In this document: piece after piece, positions 38,237 to 47,179 of the stretch
Layout of the letters: the number at the start of each line of letters is the position of its first letter
How positions within the stretch are numbered: the stretch's first letter is position 1
Assembly (NCBI GenBank): GCA_050949565.1
Contig: JBMNFY010000017.1
Coordinates: forward strand, 768,001-832,000
Direction: 5' to 3'
Source of the DNA: Kiritimatiellia bacterium
GTDB taxonomy: Bacteria > Verrucomicrobiota > Kiritimatiellia > RFP12 > UBA1067
Length of the DNA: 64,000 nt
The notes under the pieces: generated by a model
What the model was told of the DNA's origin: nothing
Seen by the model: the letters and a program-made list of their open reading frames with translations, nothing else
Database searches by the model: none
Made by a program: the position numbers and the translations under genes

Positions 38237-41200
38237 GGTTCGTACTTCCTAAACCCCGATGTTCCATCAAGAAAGGCTGGATACTTCTTATGTATCTTCC
38301 CGGCGAGAGAACCAGTGGCAATACCCTGTCCATCGTAGTCCACGATGCCCACATGGCCGGAACCAGCAGGGTTTGGATGGCCGACTATGAATCCGGGTTG
38401 TGGATAGGTTGGGTTCGGAATGAGAATCCAGTGATCAATATCCGTCTGTACACCCGGCGGGAAAATGGGGTGCGTGTCATCTTGGCCTGCCCATTGGTTC
38501 GCTGATGGCGGGTCTCCTCCTAGGTAGCCGCCAATCAAAGGAACCGTCGCTCCTGCTTGCGCAGCTCGATGAGCCACGAAAATGTTGCATTTGTTGGCAC
38601 CTGCAGCAACCTCTGGAAACCCGTACTGAGCGGGAACGACATCAGAAACCTCGTAGTCGGAGTTTCCCAAAAAACCCTTTGCCGCATTCCTGATGTTAAC
38701 TTGCATCTGTGTGTCCGCGACACCGAAGGCATCAGGATCGCCAGCCATTCCATAACCGTTAGCCTCATCACTCGTACGCTCATACACCTTTTCACACGAT
38801 ACAGTTCCTTCGGCACTGAGAACGGCCTTGATTCTGAACACTCCGCTTTGGGTTGTCGTGTGGGTATATGTCTTGCCGCTGGCCGATGTCCCGAAACTAG
38901 TCCAAGCCTCCCACAATCCATCTGCTTTAAGTCTTTGATAATACCACTTTGGTTCTTCGGCAGGTGGCACGTAGGAGTCTGGAAGAATATTTGCCTTCAT
39001 GGTAACGTTGTTTCCCTTCTTCACCACGAGCCCGTCGGGAGGTGCTCCGACCAGCTCAACAGATTCAATCTTCGGCACGATGATCCTGCCGGTTTCGCCG
39101 ATGGTGATGTCAAACTCGTTGCCGTGCCTCTCCTCCGTCAGCAGGCCGTACGAGTCCTCGACGATGAACGCGCCGGTGCCGTAGAGCCCCTCGCGCGCGC
39201 CCGCCCGCGCCGAGTCGTTGATCAGCGCCTGCCAGTCGAAATCGTGCCCCTCATCAAGGTTGGTGCCGATCCACCGCAGGCTGAAGATGTACGCCTTGCC
39301 CTTGACCAGCGCGTACTCCGCGCTGCCCGGCGTGCCGAATCCGTCGTCGCAGTGGCGCACGACATCCCTCCCGGTGATCTCTTCGAACACCTCGAAGTTC
39401 CAGCGCTCGGAATTACTGCTGCTCGGGTCGCCCACGGTGAGACTGAGCGTCACGCAGTTGGCCGGGTTGCCCTCGTCGTCCGGGTCGCAGGGACAGGAGC
39501 CGGGGCTGTGCGGCACCTCGTCGCCGTCCCAGACGCCGTCGCCGTCGGTGTCGGGGTTGGTCGGGTCGGTGCAGTAGCGGTATTCGTCGAGCAGTCCGAG
39601 GCCGTCGCCGTCGGCGTCCCAGGCGGGGCTGTTCGTCGCGGCGCACTCGCAGGGGCTGAGGCCGTACTGCAGTTCCCATCCGTCGGGCAGCATGTCGCCG
39701 TCGCAGTCCCAGACCAGCGGGTCCAGGCACGGCCAAACGGCCTTCAGGGCGACCTCGTCGCCGTCGGTCAGACCATCGCCGTCGGTGTCCTCCAACAGCG
39801 GATTGGTATTGTGGACGTTCACCTCGTCGCCGTCTTCGAGGCCGTCGTCATCGGTGTCTTCGTTGAACGGATCCGTGCCGTGCTGATATTCCTGAAGGTT
39901 GGTCAGCCCGTCGTCATCCGGGTCGTCCGCCGCGCCGTGTGTGCCGTCGGTCTGGACCACGCACGGGTTGAAATCATAGCGCACCTCCCAGCCGTCGGGC
40001 AGGCCGTCGCCGTCGGTGTCGGGATCCAGCGGATTGGTGTTGTGGACGTTGACCTCATCGCCGTCTGAAAGGCCGTCGCCGTCGGTGTCCCGCTTCCGGG
40101 GCTTTGTGCCGCGCTGATATTCCTGAAGGTTGGTCAGCCCGTCGTCATCCGGGTCGCCGTCCGCGCCGTCATCGCCCGACGCGGAAAGCGGGTTCAAGCC
40201 GTTGTCGACCTCCCATCCGTCGGGCAGGCCGTCGCCGTCGGTGTCCTTCAGCAATGGATCGGTGCCGTGGACGTTGACCTCGTCGCCGTCCGAAAGGCCG
40301 TCGCCGTCGGTGTCGGCGTTCAGCGGGTCGGTGAAAGTCTGCGGGCCGCCGACCAGAGCCAGCGAAAAGGTTATGCCGCCCCCCAGATAGCGGACCGTGC
40401 CGTCCGTGAAGGAGCGCCCTTCGGCCTGGCCCGAGCCGTTCGCTCCCCACGCGGCCACCTCTCCCGTCCCCGTGCAGGCGAGCGTGTGGTGGGCGCCCGC
40501 GCCGATCAGGGTGGCCGGCCCGAGACCCGGCGGGACTTGGTTCTGGCCGGATGCGCCGTCGCCCCAGCAGACGACCGCGCCGTCGGCGGTCAGCGCCGCG
40601 GTGTGGTCCCCCGCCGCCGCGACGGTGACGGCGTTTGTCAAGTCCGGCGGCACATCGCACTGGCGGGCGCTGTTCTGACCCCAGCAGACGACCGCGCCGT
40701 CGGCGGTCAGCGCCGCCGTGTGGAAGAAGCCCGCCGCGACGGCGACGGCGTTCGTCAGCCCGGCGGGCACGTCGCACTGATGGACATAGTTCTGACCCCA
40801 GCAGACCACCGTGCCGTCGGCGCGCAGCGCAGCGGTGTGGTAGGCGCCGGCGGTCACGGCCGAAACGTTCGTGGCCGAGTCCGGCGGCGTCAGCACATAA
40901 TGGCCCCCGCCGCCCCAGCAGACGACCGTGCCGTCGGCGCGCAGCGCCACGCTGTGCTCATCGCCGGCGGCGGCGGAAACGATGTTGGTCGCCTGCGGCG
41001 GCGGCGAGCACTGCCCGCGGTTGTTCCTGCCCCAGCAGACGGCCGTGCCGTCCCCCCTCACGGCGACCGTGTGGAAGAACGCTGCGGCGGCCTCCTTCAC
41101 ATTGAGCAGCCAGGCCGGGCGGGGGGCGGCGTCCGCCCCCGCGTACGGCGCGCCCCACTCGACGACGCGGTATCCCGCCGCCTCCAGGCTGTCGGAAAGG

Positions 41201-43386
41201 CCGTCGCCGTCAGAGTCGGGGTTCGCGGGCGAGGTGCCCAGGGCAAGCTCCGCGCCGTCCTCCAGTCCGTCGCCGTCCGTGTCCCGCACGAGCGGCGAGC
41301 CGCCCGACCCGAAATGATAGGCGATCGTCATGCTGTTGGTGATAAAAGGCTGGTCGTATGAGACGGGGAGGTTGATGGCGGCGCCGGGACCCTGCGCGCC
41401 CAGCGTCGCCGACGCGCCGGTGTTGTCCCCCGCAGTGTCGGCGTAGCGGACGCAGACGGTGTTCGTCGCGTCCGCAGGGATGACGACCTGGAACGAGACG
41501 CGGGCAGAAGAGTTCGTGTAGAAGCCCATGTCGCGGTATTCGATCACGCAGTGACGCGCGCCGTCCACCGTCACGTCCGCCACGGTGATCCGCGTGGCGG
41601 GGGCGTCGGGCGTGGCGGTGCGGGCGTAGAGGTTGTCCCAGTGGGCCGCCACGGCGAAATGCCTGAGGGAGAGAGTGAGGGTGCCCGTGAGGGCGCGGTT
41701 GTAGTTTTGGCTTTCGATCCAGCCGTCCACCGGCCTGGACCGGTCGATGAGGTACACGACGCCGTTGATGTCGAGCAGGGCGTTCGTGCAGACCGCGCCG
41801 CCGATGCGGACGGGGAACGGGAGCGCGGCCGGGATCAGGCCTGAGTTCAGGTTGGTGCCGCTGAGGACGGTTGTCCCGCCGGATGCGTCGAACCACGGGA
41901 GCGCCGCGGTCTCCCACCAGGCGGCCTCGATGCCGTCGGGGACGCCGTCGCCGTCGCTGTCGGGGTTGCGCGGGTCGGTGCCGGCGCGGAATTCGGCGAC
42001 GTTGGGCAGGCCGTCACCGTCGGGGTCGCCGTGCGCGTCGGCGGGGTCGAGGGGATCGAAGAGGTTGTCGAGTTCCCACTTGTCGTCCATGCCGTCGCCG
42101 TCGCTGTCGGCAAGGTCGAAGCGCGTCCCGTGCACCCACTTCTCGCTGGCGTCGGTCAGCCCGTCGCCGTCGGTGTCGGCGGCGTCGGCGAGGCGGAAGA
42201 AGCCGGTGTCCGTCAGCCAGACGGCGTTGGTGCAGATGACGTTGGTGTGCGTGACGCCCGGCGCGTAGGCGGACGGCGCGGTGTTCGTGACGCACGCGGG
42301 GGCCGGGGCCTCCGGCGGCGGGGGCAGGTCGGCGCGGGGGATGAGCAGGTCGACCCCGGCATCATCGGGATCAAGCGCGACCCGCCACGGGTTCGTCCAC
42401 GCGGGCGGAACCAGGGTGGGGGTGAAGAAGATGTCCAGCACGCCGCCCGCGAGCGCCGTGCCCGCCGGCCACGCGGCGGAGAGCGCGACGCCGTTCGTAT
42501 CGGATGAAATGCCGGTGAAGACCAGCCCGGTCAGCGCGGCGGGCGAGCGCGACGGCGCGCCGGCCGTGCTCCGCGTCCCCGCCGTCCCGCCGGAGCGGTA
42601 GACGCCGAGATCCTCCCGGAGGAGGAAGGTGAATGCCATCTCGACGTGCGAGGGCAGGAAATACTGCCGCGTGGACAGCCATGCCGAACGGTAAATGATC
42701 CGGTCCGGCGTCCGCATGCGGCGCGAGGGCCGCGCCAGCAAATCTTGATACACCCGCTCGGTGTCGAAGAAGTCTGGAGCCGTGCCATCGACGCTGTGGA
42801 GCCGGGCGATCCAGTCCGCCGACCAGACGCCGGCGTCGGCGGCGACCGACCAGAAAGGTTCGCCGGCCGCGTTGTAAAAGAGCATGTCGCCGCTGAGGTC
42901 GTCCGCGCACAGGAGCGCGCGCCACGCCTCGACGCCGTTGGCTTCCTCCGGCACGAGCCCCGCCAGGAACTCGGCCGGGAACCCCGGGGCCGCGGCGTCC
43001 AGGGGGATGACGCCGCCGTCCAGCCTGACCCGCCGTTCCGGGTCCGGCATGAGCACGCCCGCGCCCCGCGCCAGTTCGCGCTCCAGCTTCAGCGCCATGT
43101 CCAGCGGCGTGGCGGGCGTCCTGTACACGGAAGCGGGGCGGGAGGCGGGCGCGTCCGCCGGTTCCGCGTCTTCCTGCGCCAACGCATGGATCGATGCGAA
43201 AACGAGACCTGCGGACACGCATACCGCCGCGACAAGAAGCACAAGGCCTTTCGAAGCTCTTGCGAACCCCCTCGTGGCATGGGCGTCCCGCCCATGAAAC
43301 ACGGGCAGGATGCCCGTGTCACACTTGTTCACGACGGATTTTGCAAGAGCTTCTTTCTTTTTGTTATTTGTTCCGCCGTTTTCCAT
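38233..43386 (-). CDS. 1717-aa secreted multidomain protein: TSP3-like DxDxDG repeats, NIDO-like domain, RCC1/BLIP-II repeats, conserved module, C-terminal NlpC/P60/CHAP-like amidase; putative polymorphic toxin
   Basis: Signal h-region GLVLLVAAVCVSAGLVFASIHALA; many DTDGDGL repeats; HTAALxADGxVVCWGxN repeats; tip KCNIFVAHRAAQAG...SGHVGIVD (Cys/His dyad). Confidence 0.85.
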   Translation of the reverse strand: MENGGTNNKKKEALAKSVVNKCDTGILPVFHGRDAHATRGFARASKGLVLLVAAVCVSAGLVFASIHALAQEDAEPADAPASRPASVYRTPATPLDMALKLERELARGAGVLMPDPERRVRLDGGVIPLDAAAPGFPAEFLAGLVPEEANGVEAWRALLCADDLSGDMLFYNAAGEPFWSVAADAGVWSADWIARLHSVDGTAPDFFDTERVYQDLLARPSRRMRTPDRIIYRSAWLSTRQYFLPSHVEMAFTFLLREDLGVYRSGGTAGTRSTAGAPSRSPAALTGLVFTGISSDTNGVALSAAWPAGTALAGGVLDIFFTPTLVPPAWTNPWRVALDPDDAGVDLLIPRADLPPPPEAPAPACVTNTAPSAYAPGVTHTNVICTNAVWLTDTGFFRLADAADTDGDGLTDASEKWVHGTRFDLADSDGDGMDDKWELDNLFDPLDPADAHGDPDGDGLPNVAEFRAGTDPRNPDSDGDGVPDGIEAAWWETAALPWFDASGGTTVLSGTNLNSGLIPAALPFPVRIGGAVCTNALLDINGVVYLIDRSRPVDGWIESQNYNRALTGTLTLSLRHFAVAAHWDNLYARTATPDAPATRITVADVTVDGARHCVIEYRDMGFYTNSSARVSFQVVIPADATNTVCVRYADTAGDNTGASATLGAQGPGAAINLPVSYDQPFITNSMTIAYHFGSGGSPLVRDTDGDGLEDGAELALGTSPANPDSDGDGLSDSLEAAGYRVVEWGAPYAGADAAPRPAWLLNVKEAAAAFFHTVAVRGDGTAVCWGRNNRGQCSPPPQATNIVSAAAGDEHSVALRADGTVVCWGGGGHYVLTPPDSATNVSAVTAGAYHTAALRADGTVVCWGQNYVHQCDVPAGLTNAVAVAAGFFHTAALTADGAVVCWGQNSARQCDVPPDLTNAVTVAAAGDHTAALTADGAVVCWGDGASGQNQVPPGLGPATLIGAGAHHTLACTGTGEVAAWGANGSGQAEGRSFTDGTVRYLGGGITFSLALVGGPQTFTDPLNADTDGDGLSDGDEVNVHGTDPLLKDTDGDGLPDGWEVDNGLNPLSASGDDGADGDPDDDGLTNLQEYQRGTKPRKRDTDGDGLSDGDEVNVHNTNPLDPDTDGDGLPDGWEVRYDFNPCVVQTDGTHGAADDPDDDGLTNLQEYQHGTDPFNEDTDDDGLEDGDEVNVHNTNPLLEDTDGDGLTDGDEVALKAVWPCLDPLVWDCDGDMLPDGWELQYGLSPCECAATNSPAWDADGDGLGLLDEYRYCTDPTNPDTDGDGVWDGDEVPHSPGSCPCDPDDEGNPANCVTLSLTVGDPSSSNSERWNFEVFEEITGRDVVRHCDDGFGTPGSAEYALVKGKAYIFSLRWIGTNLDEGHDFDWQALINDSARAGAREGLYGTGAFIVEDSYGLLTEERHGNEFDITIGETGRIIVPKIESVELVGAPPDGLVVKKGNNVTMKANILPDSYVPPAEEPKWYYQRLKADGLWEAWTSFGTSASGKTYTHTTTQSGVFRIKAVLSAEGTVSCEKVYERTSDEANGYGMAGDPDAFGVADTQMQVNIRNAAKGFLGNSDYEVSDVVPAQYGFPEVAAGANKCNIFVAHRAAQAGATVPLIGGYLGGDPPSANQWAGQDDTHPIFPPGVQTDIDHWILIPNPTYPQPGFIVGHPNPAGSGHVGIVDYDGQGIATGSLAGKIHKKYPAFLDGTSGFRKYEP
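43253..43353. mobile_element. 101-bp MITE/REP-like element inserted in frame in the signal-peptide n-region
   Basis: Terminal inverted repeats GAAGCTCTTGC / GCAAGAGCTTC enclosing palindromes CATGGGCGTCCCGCCCATG and CACGGGCAGGATGCCCGTG. Confidence 0.75.
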
Positions 43387-43433
43387 TGCCGTCCCTTTCC
43401 CTCACGTAAAAGGCGCGAACCCCGCTCCGTGCC

Positions 43434-43546
43434 TCACAAGAGGGACCGCTAAGACCCTAGGAGAAGCCCGGACACGAGGTCGCGCCCGATCGGGCGCGTC
43501 CCCGTGCATCCACTTCTCCTTGTGAAAATTAGCGGTTTTCTTGTGA
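43434..43546 (-). promoter_or_regulatory. Structured 5' leader candidate of the 1717-aa gene
   Basis: Nested inverted repeats ACCGCTAA/TTAGCGGT, GGAGAAG/CTTCTCC, CACG/CGTG, CGCGCCCGA/TCGGGCGCG spanning 43445-43536. Confidence 0.5.
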
Positions 43547-43773
43547 AGCGTTCTGCGCGAAAGCGCAACAATCAAATCAGTCTATGGGATTCGGTTCTCT
43601 TCTCGTTCTCCGGTTCTCTCTTGCTGCCCGCCGGGCAGTCCTCGTTTGCGTTCGGCCGCGCCCGCCCTCGTCCGGGACAGGCAACGCCGCACTCCAGCAT
43701 CGAATCTACTTTACACCCGTTGGCAGACAGAACGCAAGGTTGATTTTCAGGCTGATTTTGGACCGCGGTTTCG

Positions 43774-44625
43774 TTATTTTTTCGCTCTAACGGGCGGCGG
43801 CGTGCGTCCGAGCTGCGCGAGTACGAGCTTGAGCGCGCGCCAGACCTCAGTCTTGGCACGCTTGAGTCCTGTTGCATCGCCCGCTGACTCGAAACGCAGA
43901 ATATACGCGGGATGATAGGTCGGCATCACGGGGATCCCCTCGTAGCTAGTCCAATTCCCTTGCAGGCGCGAGACACCGGCCTGCGTCGCCAACAGGCCGC
44001 GAATAGCGGTGCCGCCCAGCAGCACAATGGTCTTGGGCTGCACGATGCGGATCTGTTCGCGCAAAAAAGGCAGACACACCCGCATCTCGTCGGCCGTAGG
44101 CGTGCGGTTGTTCGGCGGACGGCACTTGCAGATATTTGCGATGAACACATCGTCGCGTGTATAACCCATTGCCTCGATCATCTTGGTCAGGAACTGTCCG
44201 GCCGCGCCGATAAACGCCAATCCTTCACGGTCCTCGTCGGCACCCGGTGCCTCGCCAATAAACATCACATCGGGCGCACATGGGTTCCCCTGCCCCGGCA
44301 CACAGCGGTTGCGCTGCTTGTACAGGTCGCACGCTTCACACGTTTCGATGCGTGCGGCAATCTCATCCAATGCCTGACGGCGCTGCTCCGGCGTGCGCGA
44401 CACTGACGCGGCCGGAGTCGTGGAAGTCATGGACCGAGGGGCGGACGCAGACGCCGGACGCTGTGGCGCGGCAGGTGCCGCCGCAACGCGCGCACGGCCG
44501 TCAACGCTGCGGGGGCCCAGCGCGCGGAGCACCTCGGGATCAAGCGACACCGTGCGCTCGCCCAGCTCTTTGAGCAGCGTCAGATGATCGGTCAACCCGT
44601 CAATGATCTCGGTCCACTCAGACAT
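43774..44625 (-). CDS. Uracil-DNA glycosylase family 4 (4Fe-4S)
   Basis: CEACDL, FIGEAPG, NICKCRPPNNR, PTYHPAY; start MSEWTE at 44625. Confidence 0.93.
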   Translation of the reverse strand: MSEWTEIIDGLTDHLTLLKELGERTVSLDPEVLRALGPRSVDGRARVAAAPAAPQRPASASAPRSMTSTTPAASVSRTPEQRRQALDEIAARIETCEACDLYKQRNRCVPGQGNPCAPDVMFIGEAPGADEDREGLAFIGAAGQFLTKMIEAMGYTRDDVFIANICKCRPPNNRTPTADEMRVCLPFLREQIRIVQPKTIVLLGGTAIRGLLATQAGVSRLQGNWTSYEGIPVMPTYHPAYILRFESAGDATGLKRAKTEVWRALKLVLAQLGRTPPPVRAKK

Positions 44626-44629
44626 CGCG

Positions 44630-45652
44630 TTACGCCTCTGCAAACCCGTTGGGGTTTTGAAACTGCCAGCGCCAGGCGTCTTCGCACATGACGCGCAGAA
44701 CGCGTGTGGCGCGCCAGCCCAGTTCGCGCTCCGCCTTTGAGGGATCGGCCCAGCATTCAGCCACGTCGCCGGGGCGGCGCGCCTGAATCGTGTAGGGAAC
44801 TTTGCGGCCCGACGCCTGCTCAAAGGCGGCGACCACCTCCAGGACACTCGATCCCTTGCCGGTGCCAAGATTGAAGATCGAGAGACCGGGCTTTGACGCG
44901 AGTGCTTCAAGCGCCTTGAGATGGCCGAGCGCAAGATCGACCACATGGATATAGTCGCGGATGCCGGTGCCGTCCGGCGTCGGGTAATCGTTGCCGAAAA
45001 CCGCCAGACTCGGGCGACGCCCGACCGCCACCTGCGCCACAAAGGGCAGAAGGTTATTGGGAATGCCGGCAGGGTCTTCGCCGATCCGGCCGCTGGGGTG
45101 CGCACCGATCGGATTGAAATAACGCAGCAACGTGATATTCCATGTGGGATCGGCCTTCTGCACATCGCGGAAAATCTGCTCCATCATCAGCTTCGACCAG
45201 CCGTACGGATTGGTCGCGCCAGGCGTGGGGAAGTCCTCGCGAATCGGGACTGACGCGGGATCGCCATAAACCGTGGCAGAAGAGCTGAACACGAGATTGC
45301 GACAACCTGCGGCGGCCATCGCCTCGCACAGGGTAATCGTACCGGTAATGTTGTTGCCGTAATAGGTCAGCGGAATGCGAACCGACTCGCCGACCGCCTT
45401 GAGCGCGGCGAAATGAATCACGGCGTCAACCGGGCCTTCTGCCTGAAACACCTGGTCGAGCGCCTCTCGATCCCGGATGTCGGCCTTATGAAACGACACC
45501 GTCTTGCCAGTGATCTCTGCGACGCGACGCAGGCTTTCTTCGCTACTGTTGCAAAGATTGTCGATCACCGCGACCTCATGTCCGGCATTCAACAGTTCAA
45601 CGACCGTGTGGCTGCCGATATACCCGGCTCCGCCCGTAACCAAAACCTTCAT
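44630..45652 (-). CDS. galE: UDP-glucose 4-epimerase
   Basis: [46 protein letters not shown]. Confidence 0.97.
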   Translation of the reverse strand: MKVLVTGGAGYIGSHTVVELLNAGHEVAVIDNLCNSSEESLRRVAEITGKTVSFHKADIRDREALDQVFQAEGPVDAVIHFAALKAVGESVRIPLTYYGNNITGTITLCEAMAAAGCRNLVFSSSATVYGDPASVPIREDFPTPGATNPYGWSKLMMEQIFRDVQKADPTWNITLLRYFNPIGAHPSGRIGEDPAGIPNNLLPFVAQVAVGRRPSLAVFGNDYPTPDGTGIRDYIHVVDLALGHLKALEALASKPGLSIFNLGTGKGSSVLEVVAAFEQASGRKVPYTIQARRPGDVAECWADPSKAERELGWRATRVLRVMCEDAWRWQFQNPNGFAEA

Positions 45653-45825
45653 GGGACTCCTTTCGAAAGAGAGGTCTCCAGTTTAACGCAATCCACGCTG
45701 AAAACAACCGTGAAGTTGCTTTACACACGAAGGCACATTGATTTCGGTGCGGTGACTGGGTAAGATGGGCGGCAACTAAACATAAGGACATAAGGGGTTC
45801 ACACACAACGGAAAGAGGAGCGGAC

Positions 45826-47154
45826 ATGGATAAGCGGACGAGATTCGGGATAGTGGCGGGACTGATCGCCGGGGGCCTCGCGCAGGCGGTCGAACTGCCG
45901 CCGGTGACATGCGACGTAGTGGTTGTGGGCGGCGGCTCGGCCGGGATCTGCGCGGCGCTCCAAAGCGCCCGAGCCGGTGCCAAGACGGTACTGGTCGAAG
46001 CGGCCCATCAGGTGGGCGGCAACACCACCACCGGTGGCGTGAACTTTCCCGGCCTGTTCCACGCCTGGGGGCGACAGGTCATTGCAGGTGCGGGTTGGGA
46101 CGTGGTGACCAACGCGGTGGCACTGGACGGCGGCAAGTTGCCCGATTTCACCAAGCCCACCGGTCGCCGCCATTATGACCACCAGATTTCGATCAACATC
46201 CCGTTGTTCGTGGTGCTGGCGGAGGATGCTTTGGTGCGCGCCGGAGTGACCCTCCACTACCATGCGGCTCCGGTACGAATCGAAGCCGTTCCAGAGGGTT
46301 GGCGCGTGAGAACCGCCGCAACCGGAGACACGCGCACGATCACCTGCAAGCAGCTTGTGGATTGCACGGGCAACGGGACCGCCGCCGCGCTGGCTGGCTT
46401 CGAGCGACTACAAGAGCAGGAGCGTCAGCCGGGCACCTTCGTTTACCACATCCGTCCCAATGCGGACCTCTCGAAATTCGATGCCAAGGAACTGCAAGCG
46501 CGCTTTGACGCGGCGGTCAAGGACGGGCAACTCCATCGCAGCGATTGCCGCTGGGGCCTGCTGCAATATCTGAAGAGCGGAGGCAACACCGCAAACTATG
46601 TCGAGGGCGCGGATAACTCAACAGCCGACGCCCGCACCCAAACCAACCTACGCGGTCGCGCCGCCGCGTTGCGTATGTTTCGGTTTCTCAAAGGCATCCC
46701 GGGGCTGGAGAAAGTCCGACTGGAGAGCATGTCGCCCGAAGTCGGTGTGCGCGAGACCTACCGCGTGCGCGGCGAATATCTGATCACGCATGAGGATTAC
46801 ACGTCGGGGAAACGCTGGGAAGATTCGGTCTGCTACGCCTTCTATCCCATCGATCTGCACGATAAAACGTCAGGTGTACGACCGGCGCACTTGAAGGAGG
46901 GCGTGGTGGCGACCGTGCCGCTGCGCGCGTTGATCCCGAAAGGCAGCCGCAACCTGCTGGTGGCCGGACGCTGCATCAGCAGTGACCGCCTCGCCAACTC
47001 GGCACTGCGTGTGCAGGCGACCTGCATGGCGACCGGCCAAGCGGCTGGGGCCGCCGCCGCGCTGGCCGCGCAACGCGGCGTGACGCCCGGACAACTCCCG
47101 AGCGCAGAGGTGAAAGCGCTGCTGACGGCACACGGCGCTATCGTTCCTGACTGA
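45826..47154 (+). CDS. Exported FAD-dependent oxidoreductase (FAD_oxidored family)
   Basis: DVVVVGGGSAG, GGNTTTGG, VDCTGNG, GVRETYR, NLLVAGRCIS, MATGQAAG. Confidence 0.9.
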   Translation: MDKRTRFGIVAGLIAGGLAQAVELPPVTCDVVVVGGGSAGICAALQSARAGAKTVLVEAAHQVGGNTTTGGVNFPGLFHAWGRQVIAGAGWDVVTNAVALDGGKLPDFTKPTGRRHYDHQISINIPLFVVLAEDALVRAGVTLHYHAAPVRIEAVPEGWRVRTAATGDTRTITCKQLVDCTGNGTAAALAGFERLQEQERQPGTFVYHIRPNADLSKFDAKELQARFDAAVKDGQLHRSDCRWGLLQYLKSGGNTANYVEGADNSTADARTQTNLRGRAAALRMFRFLKGIPGLEKVRLESMSPEVGVRETYRVRGEYLITHEDYTSGKRWEDSVCYAFYPIDLHDKTSGVRPAHLKEGVVATVPLRALIPKGSRNLLVAGRCISSDRLANSALRVQATCMATGQAAGAAAALAAQRGVTPGQLPSAEVKALLTAHGAIVPD

Positions 47155-47179
47155 CCGAACAACTCCCAAATCCTAAATC

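Noticed and set aside
38233-43386. Rhs/YD, CdiA or T6SS effector assignment
   Set aside because: No YD repeats, DPxG, VENN, PAAR or VgrG motifs, and no TpsB neighbour; the repeats are DxDxDG and RCC1 type.
26735-44625. Two uracil-DNA glycosylases as a defence system flanking the island
   Set aside because: Family 1 and family 4 UDGs commonly coexist, and each sits in an ordinary context.
44626-45165. N-terminal extension of the family-4 UDG ORF
   Set aside because: Overlaps galE in another frame; the real start is MSEWTE at 44625.
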